From NCBI GenBank assembly GCA_049515895.1, contig JBEKTQ010000002.1, forward strand, positions 64,001 through 128,000: a DNA stretch of 64,000 bases, given 5' to 3'. The translations under genes and the position numbers were made by a program. Below are positions 1 to 9,817 of this stretch, piece by piece. Source of the DNA: Candidatus Bathyarchaeia archaeon. Its GTDB lineage: Archaea; Thermoproteota; Bathyarchaeia; Bathyarchaeales; Bathycorpusculaceae. How positions within the stretch are numbered: position 1 is the stretch's first letter; each line of letters begins with the position of its first letter. The notes beneath the pieces are model-generated. The model made no database searches and had not been told where the DNA came from. It saw only the letters and a program-made list of their open reading frames with translations.

Positions 1-1101
1 GAGTTCACGCATCCGCTCGGGTTTTTCCGCTACCCAGCCAAGATACTTGTTGATGTTGCGGCGATAGTCTTCAAGTATCTTGTTTGATTCCTCTAAAGCG
101 GCTTTGCGATCGCCCATGCATATGGCAACCCCTAAGCTTGGTCTGTCCATGCGTCCTGTCGAGTTCAGTACGACCGCGAATTCTCTTGCGTCGCGTAACG
201 CGGTGTTAGGCTCTTCTTTGGTTAAGATGTAAATGTAGCCTATGAGGTTCTCGACTTCCATATGCAGTCCCTTGGAAAGTAAGTGGTCCGCCAGGGCAGA
301 GCACAATCGTTTTCTTTCAACGTCGTTTAAATCGCACAGCGACCGCCACCTGTCGCCCTGTTTGATAGGGATGTTGAGGCTGTCAAGGAAAGCTAAGGCT
401 TTGTCTTCTTCTCCGCTTAAGCCTGGAATAAACGGGTTGGTTGTATTAGCCAGCATTTTATGTAAAGCTCTGGTTTCCCTGCCGAAAAACGTTAGGTCCT
501 TCTCAACTTTCAACAAGCCGGCAGCCACACCGTCGTCAACGATTATCTCGTTGAGGCTGCAGAGTTTTCTCTGATCATACTTGTCCTGCATGTCACCCAA
601 CGCGCCAACCAACGCTACAGGTGCCAAATCCACATTCGCAGAGTCAACCGCTTTTGCGACGAAGTATGCGATGCCTGAACCGCTAATATCTGAAGCCCCG
701 TCAATGCCGAACATATGAGGGTTAACCTGAACAAAGTTTTGGTTGCTTAACGAGCCGTTTATTTGGTGGTGGTCAAGGATTAGGACTTTTGAGTTGGGGA
801 GTTTCTCCTGTAACATATCAAGGTAACCGCTACCGAAATCAGTCAAAATAACCAGTTGAGGCTTGTCGGCGGCAATAAGGGTGATGATTTTTTCGTCAAG
901 TTGCTGAGTGATTCTAATTCGATATTTGGCATCTAGTCTACAAAGGGTCTTTCCCATGACTCCTGCAGCTGCCACCCCGTCAGCGTCCAAATGTGAACAA
1001 ACATGTATGAATTTGTCTTTGGGTGCTGTTTCCAAAATTACCTTCGATGCTTCTGCCGCCTGAGCCAAGAAGCGTTCAATCGATGCCTGTTGTGCAGCCA
1101 T
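1..1101 (-). CDS. DHH-family phosphoesterase, RecJ/GAN(Cdc45)-like; partial, runs off window start
   Basis: Hand translation from ATG 1101 (MAAQQASIERF...) shows SHLDADG, LTDFGSG and ILDHHQ DHH motifs; downstream of rps15 as is common in archaea. Not in ORF track. Confidence 0.88.
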   Translation of the reverse strand, partial: MAAQQASIERFLAQAAEASKVILETAPKDKFIHVCSHLDADGVAAAGVMGKTLCRLDAKYRIRITQQLDEKIITLIAADKPQLVILTDFGSGYLDMLQEKLPNSKVLILDHHQINGSLSNQNFVQVNPHMFGIDGASDISGSGIAYFVAKAVDSANVDLAPVALVGALGDMQDKYDQRKLCSLNEIIVDDGVAAGLLKVEKDLTFFGRETRALHKMLANTTNPFIPGLSGEEDKALAFLDSLNIPIKQGDRWRSLCDLNDVERKRLCSALADHLLSKGLHMEVENLIGYIYILTKEEPNTALRDAREFAVVLNSTGRMDRPSLGVAICMGDRKAALEESNKILEDYRRNINKYLGWVAEKPERMREL

Positions 1102-1192
1102 GCGAAGTTCACTCTTGGCTAAAACGCTGTGATTGAATTTAAAGCTACGTATCAACACGCAAATAGAAAACTAAAGCCTAAGGAGGCAGACT

Positions 1193-1633
1193 TTAGGTTA
1201 CAGATGCGATTTTAGCTTCATACTTCCAGTTCTTGGCAATGACGCCTTCACGCTTGTAGTATCGCGAAAGCTTATGAATTCTTGCCTCGATGATCTGCAT
1301 ATTGCGTTTGTTATGCAGGTCTTTCTTGTTCTTGTCCAGGTGAACCGCGAGACTCTGCGCTTTCTTCATGAGGTTTGTTAAGTCCTCAGGCATCGTTGGA
1401 GCTAACCCTGCGCTTTCCAGAACATCGCTTATGCTTTTTCCTACAATTGGCTTTGCGAGAGGAATCGCATATTGGTCCCTGAGAATAGTGCCTATGCTGC
1501 TGAGTGAGTGGCCTTCCTTGGCCAATTTTATTATGAATGATTCTACTTCTTCAGGCTGATACTTGCACCAGCTTGGAGGCCTTCTGCTTACAGGTCGTAT
1601 TGAATGAGATTTTCCTTTTTCCTGTTTTGGCAA
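1193..1633 (-). CDS. rps15: 30S ribosomal protein S15 (uS15/S13e)
   Basis: GKSHSIRP, IGTILRDQY, PEDL..L..KA, EARIHKLSRYYK signature. Confidence 0.96.
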   Translation of the reverse strand: MPKQEKGKSHSIRPVSRRPPSWCKYQPEEVESFIIKLAKEGHSLSSIGTILRDQYAIPLAKPIVGKSISDVLESAGLAPTMPEDLTNLMKKAQSLAVHLDKNKKDLHNKRNMQIIEARIHKLSRYYKREGVIAKNWKYEAKIASVT

Positions 1634-1716
1634 ATGTTACACCTTAAACTGCACCTAAACCACACTGCGCCAATATTTAAAAGTAATCCCGCACATGGAA
1701 AAAACCGAAATTCAAC

Positions 1717-2346
1717 TCACTTGTTACCGACTAACCTTGCAGTTTTGTACCATTCAGCAAACTTTTCAATAGCTTTTGCCCTGTGCGAGAACCCGTTTTT
1801 CTCCTCAATGGTCATTTCCGCAAATGACTTGCTCGATCCAGAAGGCTGAAAAATCGGGTCGAACCCAAATGACGACTTCCCCGTTGTTTTGCGTTCAGTT
1901 TGAGTTATTTCGCCGTTTGATTCGCCGTTGAAGCATTGTGGATCACATAACGCCTCGTCGATGTAGGCTATGACTGACCGGAATTGGGCTCGTCGGTCGT
2001 TGACGTTTTCCATCAAACGAAGGATACCGCTGTTATGGATTGTTTCATAGGCGTAGGCCGCGTAGGGTCCAGGGAAACCGCCGAGCATGTCGATGAATAA
2101 GCCCGCATCTTCCACAAAAAGAGGCAGGTTGCTGATTTTGAAAGCGTTTCTAGCCGCAGCCGTGGCTATTTCTTTCAAGCTATAGCTTTGTATTTCATCT
2201 CCCTTCACTCGCAGCAACGCAACTGCAAACCCGTGAGTGCTGAGGATGCTTCGGGCTTCATTGAATTTGTTAATGTTTCCCGTCGCAAAAAAGATAACTT
2301 TGCCCCCAAAAGAACGGCCTTCGTTATTGTTTTCTTTCTTCGACAT
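1717..2346 (-). CDS. rdgB: Non-canonical purine NTP pyrophosphatase (Ham1/RdgB)
   Basis: FATGNINK, VEDAGL, GFPGPY, FGFDPIF, SHRAKA motifs; start 2346 or 2355. Confidence 0.93.
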   Translation of the reverse strand: MSKKENNNEGRSFGGKVIFFATGNINKFNEARSILSTHGFAVALLRVKGDEIQSYSLKEIATAAARNAFKISNLPLFVEDAGLFIDMLGGFPGPYAAYAYETIHNSGILRLMENVNDRRAQFRSVIAYIDEALCDPQCFNGESNGEITQTERKTTGKSSFGFDPIFQPSGSSKSFAEMTIEEKNGFSHRAKAIEKFAEWYKTARLVGNK

Positions 2347-2983
2347 AGCGGCCACGCCTTTCTATTTCCTTAATTTTTTCATAAACCTTTTCTGCATAAT
2401 CGCTCCCTAAAACGGTGGAGTAACCTGAGAGAACATCTTTGAAGCATTCTTCCCAGAACAAGTAATGTGTGCTTTGTAGCGCCCGTTTCATAAGATGCAG
2501 GTCCACTCCTTGAGCTTCGACCTCAATATTTTTTTCTCCTAGACCGAAGTCCACGAAGTAAATTTTGCCTTCGTGGCTTAGAATCAGGTTTGATGTTGTT
2601 AAGTCGCCGTGGACTAAGCCTTGCTTGTGAAGTCTCGCGATTAATTCGCCGATTGTAACGCAAAGTGCCCGCCTCATATCCTCGGGAGCTGCGTTTAGAA
2701 CCTGCTTAATCTGTTGCCCTTCAACACATTCCATGGTGATTGACGCTTCAGGAACGTTAACCATGTAAATCAAAGGTGTTGGCACGCCTGCTGTTTTGGC
2801 TTCATGCATTAACTGCGGCTCATGCACTGTGCGGTACGTCCGGATTTGCATGTCCAACGCTGCTGGGCGGTATTTCTTTGGGAGTCGCACTTTTACTATT
2901 ACTTTTAGTCCGTGCCACTGAGCTGTGTAGAGGCTGGCCTCTGCGCCTTTTTTGAACAGAGACTTCTGGGCTACTGTTTCCAT
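2324..2983 (-). CDS. bud32: KEOPS kinase/ATPase Bud32
   Basis: KGAEA, HGDLTTSN, DFGLG, C-terminal RGRY; adjacent to kae1. Confidence 0.95.
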   Translation of the reverse strand: METVAQKSLFKKGAEASLYTAQWHGLKVIVKVRLPKKYRPAALDMQIRTYRTVHEPQLMHEAKTAGVPTPLIYMVNVPEASITMECVEGQQIKQVLNAAPEDMRRALCVTIGELIARLHKQGLVHGDLTTSNLILSHEGKIYFVDFGLGEKNIEVEAQGVDLHLMKRALQSTHYLFWEECFKDVLSGYSTVLGSDYAEKVYEKIKEIERRGRYVEERKQ

Positions 2984-4011
2984 GGCACATCCACCTTATC
3001 CACTCGCCATCGAAGCTTTACGTAGCTCTCAGTTAAAGGTGTAGTCAACCCATGTGTGAAGGCTAAAACTCCTGTCCAAGAAATCATGGCCCCGTTATCA
3101 GTGGCAAATTCGAGCGGAACCACGTTGAAAGCTGCATCGTGCTCCTCCGCAATGGCGCTGAGCATGGATTGCAACCGCTTGTTGGCTGCGACTCCTCCCG
3201 TTAACAAAATCTCCCTTTTCTCAGTGTGCGCCAAAGCTCGCTCAGTAACTTCGGTAACCATCGAAAACGCGTGTTCCTGCAGGCTATAACACAAGTCCTC
3301 AAGTGAGTAGTTTTTTCGTAGCAATTCAGTGGCCGACGTCAATAAACCGCTGAGCGACAAATCCATGCCCTTCACCACATAGGGAAGAGAAACCAAGTTT
3401 TTGCCTTTGGCGGCCAGCCGCTCTACGGAGGCTCCAAGCGGTAAGCCTCTGATGTTTTTGAGCCCTGCTTCTCGAGCGAAAACGTCCAAGCAGTTTCCAA
3501 GCGCAATATCAAGTGTTTCGCCGAAAACCCGGTAGCATCCCGCTTCAAAGGCGGTTACCATAGTGTTGCCGCCTGAGACATAAAGGGTAACGGGATCCTT
3601 GGCGCCTGTTTTCAACTTTCCAATTTCAATGTGAGCTACTGAGTGGTTGACGCCGACGAGGGGAATTTGCAAGTAGGAGGCTAGGGCGCGGGCAACGGTG
3701 GCGCCCGTGCGAAGGCTTGGTCCTAGGCCTGGACCCTGAGAAAATGCTATTACCGCCAACTCACGCGGTTTTATGCCTGCCGTTATTAGGGCCTCTTTTA
3801 TCACTTTGTCAGCGACATCAGAGTGGTGCCTTGCTGCTTCCCTGGGATGGATTCCCCCTTCCACCGGAAGGTAGCTGTCAGATTTGTTGGCGAGTATCTT
3901 GCCGTTGAAGGTTGCTACGCCGACGCCGAAGTCGTCTGCAGAAGATTCAATCCCTAAACAATAGCGTTCACTTTTTCTCAGAGTTTCGGGCATGTTTTCA
4001 TCGGATTCCAT
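2971..4011 (-). CDS. kae1: KEOPS tRNA t6A synthase Kae1
   Basis: LGIESSAD, GGIHPREAA, GPGLGP, NHSVAHIE, LYVSGGNT, DNGAMI; start uncertain (4047/4011/3993). Confidence 0.96.
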   Translation of the reverse strand: MESDENMPETLRKSERYCLGIESSADDFGVGVATFNGKILANKSDSYLPVEGGIHPREAARHHSDVADKVIKEALITAGIKPRELAVIAFSQGPGLGPSLRTGATVARALASYLQIPLVGVNHSVAHIEIGKLKTGAKDPVTLYVSGGNTMVTAFEAGCYRVFGETLDIALGNCLDVFAREAGLKNIRGLPLGASVERLAAKGKNLVSLPYVVKGMDLSLSGLLTSATELLRKNYSLEDLCYSLQEHAFSMVTEVTERALAHTEKREILLTGGVAANKRLQSMLSAIAEEHDAAFNVVPLEFATDNGAMISWTGVLAFTHGLTTPLTESYVKLRWRVDKVDVPWKQ

Positions 4012-4086
4012 GTTTCTTAAGGGATACATATTTTTATCTGGATTCAACGCTTATATTCTAATTGCATTATTTGGAATTGATAGTAG

Positions 4087-4533
4087 ATGCCTAAACGTAA
4101 TGACCTTGAACAGAAAGCACTCCATTATGTGGTGAACACTGGCTATCAAGGCGTGCTCCAATCCGACCTTTGGCGTGAACTAGGAGCAAGCAGCCGGGAA
4201 GGCTCGAGAGTCTCCATTAAACTTGAGGAAAAAGGGTTAATCCGCCGTGAAAAAGAGCTCCAGGAAGGCAGATGGACCTATCGGCTTTATCCCAAAAGGC
4301 TTCCCGCATCGATACAAACAATCATTGACTGCCCATGCTTGCTTTGCCCGGACAACGCAAGGTGCGACCCAACCACAGCGATTTCTCCTAAAAGCTGCCC
4401 CAGACTTACCGACTGGATAATTTCTCTGGGAAGAGAAGGCGCTGCACCGGCAGAGCCAGTAGCTGATCCAAGCGTGCAAAACATTGAAGAAGAGGCTGAT
4501 GACTCCGTTGCCGAAAGCTTGGATCCGAGATAG
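4087..4533 (+). CDS. RPC34-like protein / TFE-beta (winged helix plus Cys cluster)
   Basis: wHTH (GVLQSDLWREL...KLEEKGLIRRE) followed by CxxC-x5-C-x10-C-x5-W; acidic tail. Confidence 0.8.
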   Translation: MPKRNDLEQKALHYVVNTGYQGVLQSDLWRELGASSREGSRVSIKLEEKGLIRREKELQEGRWTYRLYPKRLPASIQTIIDCPCLLCPDNARCDPTTAISPKSCPRLTDWIISLGREGAAPAEPVADPSVQNIEEEADDSVAESLDPR

Positions 4534-5113
4534 AAAAAATGAATACTACTACAAAAAAGCCAAGGCAGAAAACTACCGTTCAAGAGCCACCTACAAGCTG
4601 GTTCAAGCTAACGAAAAATACCAGTTCATAAAAAGAAATGATGTAGTGGTTGATTTAGGCGCTGCTCCAGGCGGTTGGATTCAAGCAGCTAGGAAAATGA
4701 CTGGGAGCCACGGTTTCGTTTTAGGCGTAGATCTTAAACCAATTGAACCCTTCACTCAAGAGTATATACGGACAATAATTGCGGATTTGACTGAGCCAGA
4801 TATTGTCCAGCAAATACTCTCTTTCTTGCCGCGCAAAGCAGACGCAGTAATTTCTGATGCTGCGCCCAACATTACAGGGGTGTGGGAAGTTGACCATGCA
4901 AGGCAAATCGACTTAGCCACAAGAGCCTTGGGAATCGCGCAGTGTTTGCTGCGTCCTTCAGGAAACTTTTTTGTAAAAGTCTTTCAAGGAAACTTGCTTG
5001 ATGATTTCATTCAAACCGTAAAAGCCAGCTTCGACACAGTCAAAATTGTCAAGCCTCAGGCAAGCCGCGCCAAAAGCTCAGAAATGTACATTTTGGCACT
5101 GGGCTTAAAATAA
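4499..5113 (+). CDS. rlmE: 23S rRNA 2'-O-methyltransferase RlmE/FtsJ
   Basis: YRSRATYKL, DLGAAPGGW, SDAAPN, KVFQG, KPQASRAKSSEMY. Confidence 0.95.
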   Translation: MTPLPKAWIRDRKNEYYYKKAKAENYRSRATYKLVQANEKYQFIKRNDVVVDLGAAPGGWIQAARKMTGSHGFVLGVDLKPIEPFTQEYIRTIIADLTEPDIVQQILSFLPRKADAVISDAAPNITGVWEVDHARQIDLATRALGIAQCLLRPSGNFFVKVFQGNLLDDFIQTVKASFDTVKIVKPQASRAKSSEMYILALGLK

Positions 5114-5493
5114 GCAAAGTGTGCACTAAGGACTGGGCGGCAAAACATCCTTAATATCATGCCAAGTCTCAGAAAAACCGTTGGAGAAAGCAAACGTGTT
5201 CATGTGAGAATCGCCGAGTTAACCGATGGTCAGAGGCGATTCTGTTCGCCTGCAAAAAAGTGGCCGAATAAGGCAAACCCATTCTGCTGGGTTACCAAAG
5301 ATGTTCAAGCAAAAGGCGCAAGACAACTGCGTTTATCTCTCCTCTGTCATAGCCGTTGAGCACGATGTCCGCAGTTACGCCATGGGCGATAAGAATGTTG
5401 TAAGAAAGCTTAATTTGTTAGAAACGTTAAACCCTTGTACACGAGAATTCCGCGCCCCAATAATAAAAACCTCAAAATAGAGATGTAACTTAA

Positions 5494-6078
5494 ATGGACA
5501 TGCCTTTTTCATTTTGGAAAAATGCTTCACCTAAACGCAAAAGAATTTATTCAATAATCTTCACGTTGGTGCTTGTTATAATAGCAACTTTACTTGGTAC
5601 ATTAGTGCCGCTTAGCGCTCAAGAAGCAAGACAAATAAATGATAGCGTAAATCAAACAGTCACTGTAAACAAAGCCAATGGCACATTAGTTCCGTCCATT
5701 TTCTTAAACAATTTCGGCCTTTGTCTTGCAATGTTTATTCCTCTTGTCGGTGCAGTATTTGGCTTGTTCGTAATGTTCAACACTGGCGTGGCGCTCGGAG
5801 CTGAACTTAGGGTACAGAGCACCAGCGCCTCTACGGCAGCTGCTGCCAGCATATCAGCGACCACTGCGATCATAGCTTTAGTGTTCTTCGGATTAACCTT
5901 CGTGTTAGAATTTGTCTCTTATTCAATCGGCATATCAGAAAGCGTATGGCTGTTTCGCAGATTAACACAACGACGATGGAGTGAACTCAAAAATACTGGA
6001 ATCTTAATCGGAGTCGTTGGTGCCTTGCTTATAACAGGAGCAATAGTGGAAACATGGGTAATAACTACCATCGGTTAA
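5494..6078 (+). CDS. SpoIIM (stage II sporulation protein M)-family membrane protein
   Basis: Several TM helices, IFLNN motif, FNTG, LE..Y, terminal GAIVET. Confidence 0.75.
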   Translation: MDMPFSFWKNASPKRKRIYSIIFTLVLVIIATLLGTLVPLSAQEARQINDSVNQTVTVNKANGTLVPSIFLNNFGLCLAMFIPLVGAVFGLFVMFNTGVALGAELRVQSTSASTAAAASISATTAIIALVFFGLTFVLEFVSYSIGISESVWLFRRLTQRRWSELKNTGILIGVVGALLITGAIVETWVITTIG

Positions 6079-6088
6079 AAGTTAGATT

Positions 6089-6949
6089 TTATTTTTGGTT
6101 TTTCACTATTTCCAAGCTTATGTCTAATGCTTTAACGCTATGAGTCAGTTCTCCCATGCTTATGATGTCCACCTTTGCCTCCGCGTATTCCAAAAGGTTC
6201 CCGCTTGTTACTCCGCCGCTCACCTCGAGCAATAGACTACCAAACCCAGCCTTTTGTAGCGTGTCAGCTGTGTCCTTGGCTTGTTGCGGAGAAAAATTGT
6301 CCAGCATAATGATGTCGGCGCCTGCCTTCGCTGCTTTCAGGGAATCCTCAACATTGGTTACTTCGACTTCGATTTTCTTAGTGAAAGAAGTGTTAGCCTT
6401 AGCCCTCTTAACTGCCTCCTCAATACTTCCAACAATTGCAAGATGATTATCTTTAATCAGAACCATGTCGTCCAAGTGAAGCCTATGTGGGTCACCGCCC
6501 CCGATGGCTACGGCTCTCTTATCAAAGTAAAGCAGCCCAGGTGCTGACTTACGCGTTGCAGCAATCTTGGCTTTGGCTCCTGCCTTCTTGATTTTCTCAG
6601 TTAATTTTCGGGTAGTCGTGGCGATTCCGCTCATCCGTGAAAGCAGGTTCAATATGGTTCTCTCAGAGGAGAGAATTGTTTGTGCATCGCCTGAAATTTC
6701 CATAAGCACGTGTTTGTTCTTGAATGCGTCTCCATCAATCACTTTAGCCTCTACCTTTAGTCCCAAATATTCAGCAAGAATAGTTACTTCTTCAATTCCC
6801 GCGGCTACACCGTCCTCTTTCGAAATAACCACTGCGTTCGCAGTTAGATTTGAGGGTATAAGTGTTTGGACGGTAACGTCGCCCAGTCCTAGGTCGTCTG
6901 TGAGCATTTGTTTGAGCTTTTCTTCGCGGATTTTTCGGGGAACAAACAT
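6089..6949 (-). CDS. nadC: Nicotinate-nucleotide pyrophosphorylase (quinolinate PRTase)
   Basis: GDVT, ER..LNLL..MSGIAT, TRK, HR..LDD..LIKDNH, IEVEV, IMLDN, SGG. Confidence 0.96.
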   Translation of the reverse strand: MFVPRKIREEKLKQMLTDDLGLGDVTVQTLIPSNLTANAVVISKEDGVAAGIEEVTILAEYLGLKVEAKVIDGDAFKNKHVLMEISGDAQTILSSERTILNLLSRMSGIATTTRKLTEKIKKAGAKAKIAATRKSAPGLLYFDKRAVAIGGGDPHRLHLDDMVLIKDNHLAIVGSIEEAVKRAKANTSFTKKIEVEVTNVEDSLKAAKAGADIIMLDNFSPQQAKDTADTLQKAGFGSLLLEVSGGVTSGNLLEYAEAKVDIISMGELTHSVKALDISLEIVKNQK

Positions 6950-7046
6950 AACAATTTAGAGTTAGCCACTAGCTTAAAACTGCTTACTTTTTTGAAATTA
7001 ACATGGGCATAGTTAAAATAAATCTTCTCGATATACGTTAGTCACT

Positions 7047-8186
7047 ATGCGTTTGCTGTTTAGTTGTTCGGAGCTTGGTTTAGGCCATGTTTCACGTATC
7101 ATCCCCTTAGGGAAACGGCTACAAAAGCATGGTCATGAAATGTTCTTTTTCTCAGGAGGCAAAGCATACGACATGCTACAGAAGGAGTTCAGCAATGTTT
7201 ACAAATGCACGCCAATATCATGGTATGAGAACGCTTATGGCATAATCACTTCTGCATCACTCATAAACTTGCTCTTGCCGCTCCCATTGTTTAATTTCGA
7301 GAAGAACAGGCTGGAAATAAAAAACTCAAACGCGTGGGAAACTATCCACCGCTACTATGATCTAAGAGAAAATATCCGTGGGTTGGCTCCTGACCTGCTA
7401 ATTGCTGACGGGGACATAAACGCACTCAGGCTTTCTCAAAGGTGGGGTTTCCCCTCACTTTACATAGCCAACATGATTAGGCCAAGCTATGGTTTCTCAG
7501 CTTTTCTGAATCCAGGTGAACGGCTAGTTGAGCGGTACGTTAAGCGATGCTCACAAATAATCATTCCCGACAACCCTCCCCCATATACTATTTCGGAGTA
7601 CAACATCGGAAACATCGATAATATGGGTTTAGACGGGAAGGTCGAGTTCGTAGGAAGCTTTGTTGATACATCATTAGTTGAAGGGTCTAAGCAGCATATT
7701 TTTGCTCCCATAAGCGGTCCGCCAGGGACAAGAGCAAAAATGCTCAAGGTCCTTCTTCCAGTTCTTAAAAAAATGAAAACCAAATGCATCCTCAGTTTGG
7801 GCACTCCGGGAAAGAAGACCTCTGCCAAAATAGGGAACTGTGAACTTCATACTTGGCTGTCTGCTGAGGAACGGATGGAATGCATGAAGAACGCAAAGTT
7901 CGTAATCTTCAGCGGGGGACATGCAACATGCTTTGAAACCGTCAGATACGCAAAACCCAGCATCTGCATCCCAACGCAGCCTGAACAACTTGGCAATGCG
8001 GCCAAACTGCAAGACTTGAACTGCTCAATAACTGTCAAAAACAAGAAGCAGCTAGAGAAGGCGGTCGAAAGAATAGAGAACGACCAAGATTTGTTTGACA
8101 AAAACGTGCTGGCACTCAACAAGTTCTCTAGCAAGTATAGGGGCTTAGACAAGGCGCAAACGATTGTTGAAAGCTTGCAGGATTAA
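7047..8186 (+). CDS. GT-B glycosyltransferase (GT28/MJ1255-like)
   Basis: GLGHVSR N-terminal motif; GGHATCFE and PTQPEQLGNA C-terminal motifs. Confidence 0.8.
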   Translation: MRLLFSCSELGLGHVSRIIPLGKRLQKHGHEMFFFSGGKAYDMLQKEFSNVYKCTPISWYENAYGIITSASLINLLLPLPLFNFEKNRLEIKNSNAWETIHRYYDLRENIRGLAPDLLIADGDINALRLSQRWGFPSLYIANMIRPSYGFSAFLNPGERLVERYVKRCSQIIIPDNPPPYTISEYNIGNIDNMGLDGKVEFVGSFVDTSLVEGSKQHIFAPISGPPGTRAKMLKVLLPVLKKMKTKCILSLGTPGKKTSAKIGNCELHTWLSAEERMECMKNAKFVIFSGGHATCFETVRYAKPSICIPTQPEQLGNAAKLQDLNCSITVKNKKQLEKAVERIENDQDLFDKNVLALNKFSSKYRGLDKAQTIVESLQD

Positions 8187-8193
8187 TCATCTG

Positions 8194-8817
8194 TTATTTG
8201 CCCAGGCTTAAACGTTTAACTTCGCCCAGAGGCGACTCTTCCTCAAAAATGATGGCTTTGAATTTGTAGATTTTTGCACCTTTTGTTAGCCAGCTGTCGG
8301 GTGGGAGTCCTGCTTTGACGCAGCATTGGCAAAGGAACTCTTCTTCGCACCATCCCCATTCAACTGGCACTTGGGGCAGAAGCAAACCTTTGTAGGGACC
8401 TTTTTCAATAATCAACCCGTCTTCGCTTACTTTGATTTTGCTGATGTATTCCTTTGGATTGTCCACTATTACGGGTTCCGGCGGCGTCAGAACACTTACC
8501 TCGAAAACAACCTTCCTCAACTCGTCATGGCTGATGGGGTAAAATCTTGGGTCCTCGGTTGCGGCGTTGATAGCTGAGTTGATAACTGCTTCCACTAGCG
8601 GGCTAGTCGGGTAAGGGTAGCCGATGCAGCCGCGAAGTTCCTTCTCCCCGTTGATAACGCGGTTTATTGTAACGAAGACGCCACAGTGTTCAAACAACTT
8701 CTTCGGTGTATCTTTTGGCGGTTTAACGGTTTTTCCGTTTTCCAGATATTCTTTAACCGTGTTCCTCGCGAGGTTTATTAAGAATTTTCCTTCAGCTAAA
8801 CTTAGTTCAAACGACAT
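8194..8817 (-). CDS. AMMECR1 family protein (TIGR00296-like)
   Basis: GVFVT, LRGCIG, AATEDPRF, EVSVLTPP, GLLLPQV. Confidence 0.93.
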   Translation of the reverse strand: MSFELSLAEGKFLINLARNTVKEYLENGKTVKPPKDTPKKLFEHCGVFVTINRVINGEKELRGCIGYPYPTSPLVEAVINSAINAATEDPRFYPISHDELRKVVFEVSVLTPPEPVIVDNPKEYISKIKVSEDGLIIEKGPYKGLLLPQVPVEWGWCEEEFLCQCCVKAGLPPDSWLTKGAKIYKFKAIIFEEESPLGEVKRLSLGK

Positions 8818-8897
8818 AATTTCCCGCTTCCCGAGTGGTAAGCAGCGCCTAGGCGCGACTGAATAACAGCAAGAACAAGTTAGGAGGAAGATGTTGG

Positions 8898-9587
8898 TTA
8901 GAACTTTATGGATTCTTCTTTGATTCCATCTTTGGTTATGATGAGGAAGTCTATGCCGTCGCCGCTCATTGAGTCTCTGCTGATTGCTGATTTGATTGCT
9001 CGCGTTACGAGTTCTTTTGTTTCTGACACGCTCATGGTTTCTTTGTAGGCATCTTCGATGACGCCGATGGCGATTTCTGTTCCTGTGCCAACAACCGCGT
9101 ATTTGTCAGGTATAAGTGAGCCTAAAACGTCAAGCACGAAGAGTGACGGGCCGTCCTCGTCTAAGCCGCCCACAATTGTTTGAGTAAAGAGCGGTGCGTA
9201 CCGACGGTTGAATAGGACGTTAGCTAAGAGTTTAGCTGCTGCACGCACAGTGATTTTTCTGCCTGTGTCCATGCTGAAGAGGTTAGCTTGCGCCTCCATT
9301 TCTTTGGCAAGAATCTGCATGTCGCCGACGAGTCCTGCGCAGGCAACGCCGATTCGATCTGTAACTTTGAAAACTTTTTTTCCGCCTTTGCTCATTACGA
9401 AGTAGCCGTAAGTTACTCTTTTCTCAGCGGCTAAGAGTACTCCGCCGTCGAAGACAACGCCTACTGTGGTCGCACCTGGCATCCAAGCAAGTCCGCCTTG
9501 CTGAGCCTGTTTCTGCTGATCCTGCGGCATTTGCGGATACTGCGGAATCTGCGGTATTTCGGGTAGTTGAGGTCCGTAACCTTCCAT
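8898..9587 (-). CDS. psmB: Proteasome beta subunit, probably non-catalytic paralogue
   Basis: GATTVGVV..GVLLAAEKR, AGLVGDMQ, RDSMSGDG; Ala at the Thr1 position. Confidence 0.92.
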   Translation of the reverse strand: MEGYGPQLPEIPQIPQYPQMPQDQQKQAQQGGLAWMPGATTVGVVFDGGVLLAAEKRVTYGYFVMSKGGKKVFKVTDRIGVACAGLVGDMQILAKEMEAQANLFSMDTGRKITVRAAAKLLANVLFNRRYAPLFTQTIVGGLDEDGPSLFVLDVLGSLIPDKYAVVGTGTEIAIGVIEDAYKETMSVSETKELVTRAIKSAISRDSMSGDGIDFLIITKDGIKEESIKF

Positions 9588-9817
9588 AATTTTCGCCTTT
9601 TCCCGTTGTTATACACAAGACAAATTATTAAGGTTACTTATATCCATTAATATGGGTGCCTATCTATAGGACAACATGCCAGAACCCTATTTCTTAGCAC
9701 AAAAAAGTCGCCCTAAAAATGCCGTAGGTAAAATTCGGGAATTCTTACTGCTAGATTCCTTTTACGCGAAAACTTTAACACCCTGCATGCTCCTTAAGCG
9801 ATTAAAAAAGACACAGG

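Noticed and set aside
5130-5390. RNase P RNA, SRP RNA or c-di-GMP riboswitch
   Set aside because: Only fragmentary resemblance (GGCAAACC, GAGGAAG); P4, SRP helix-8 and riboswitch core motifs were not found.
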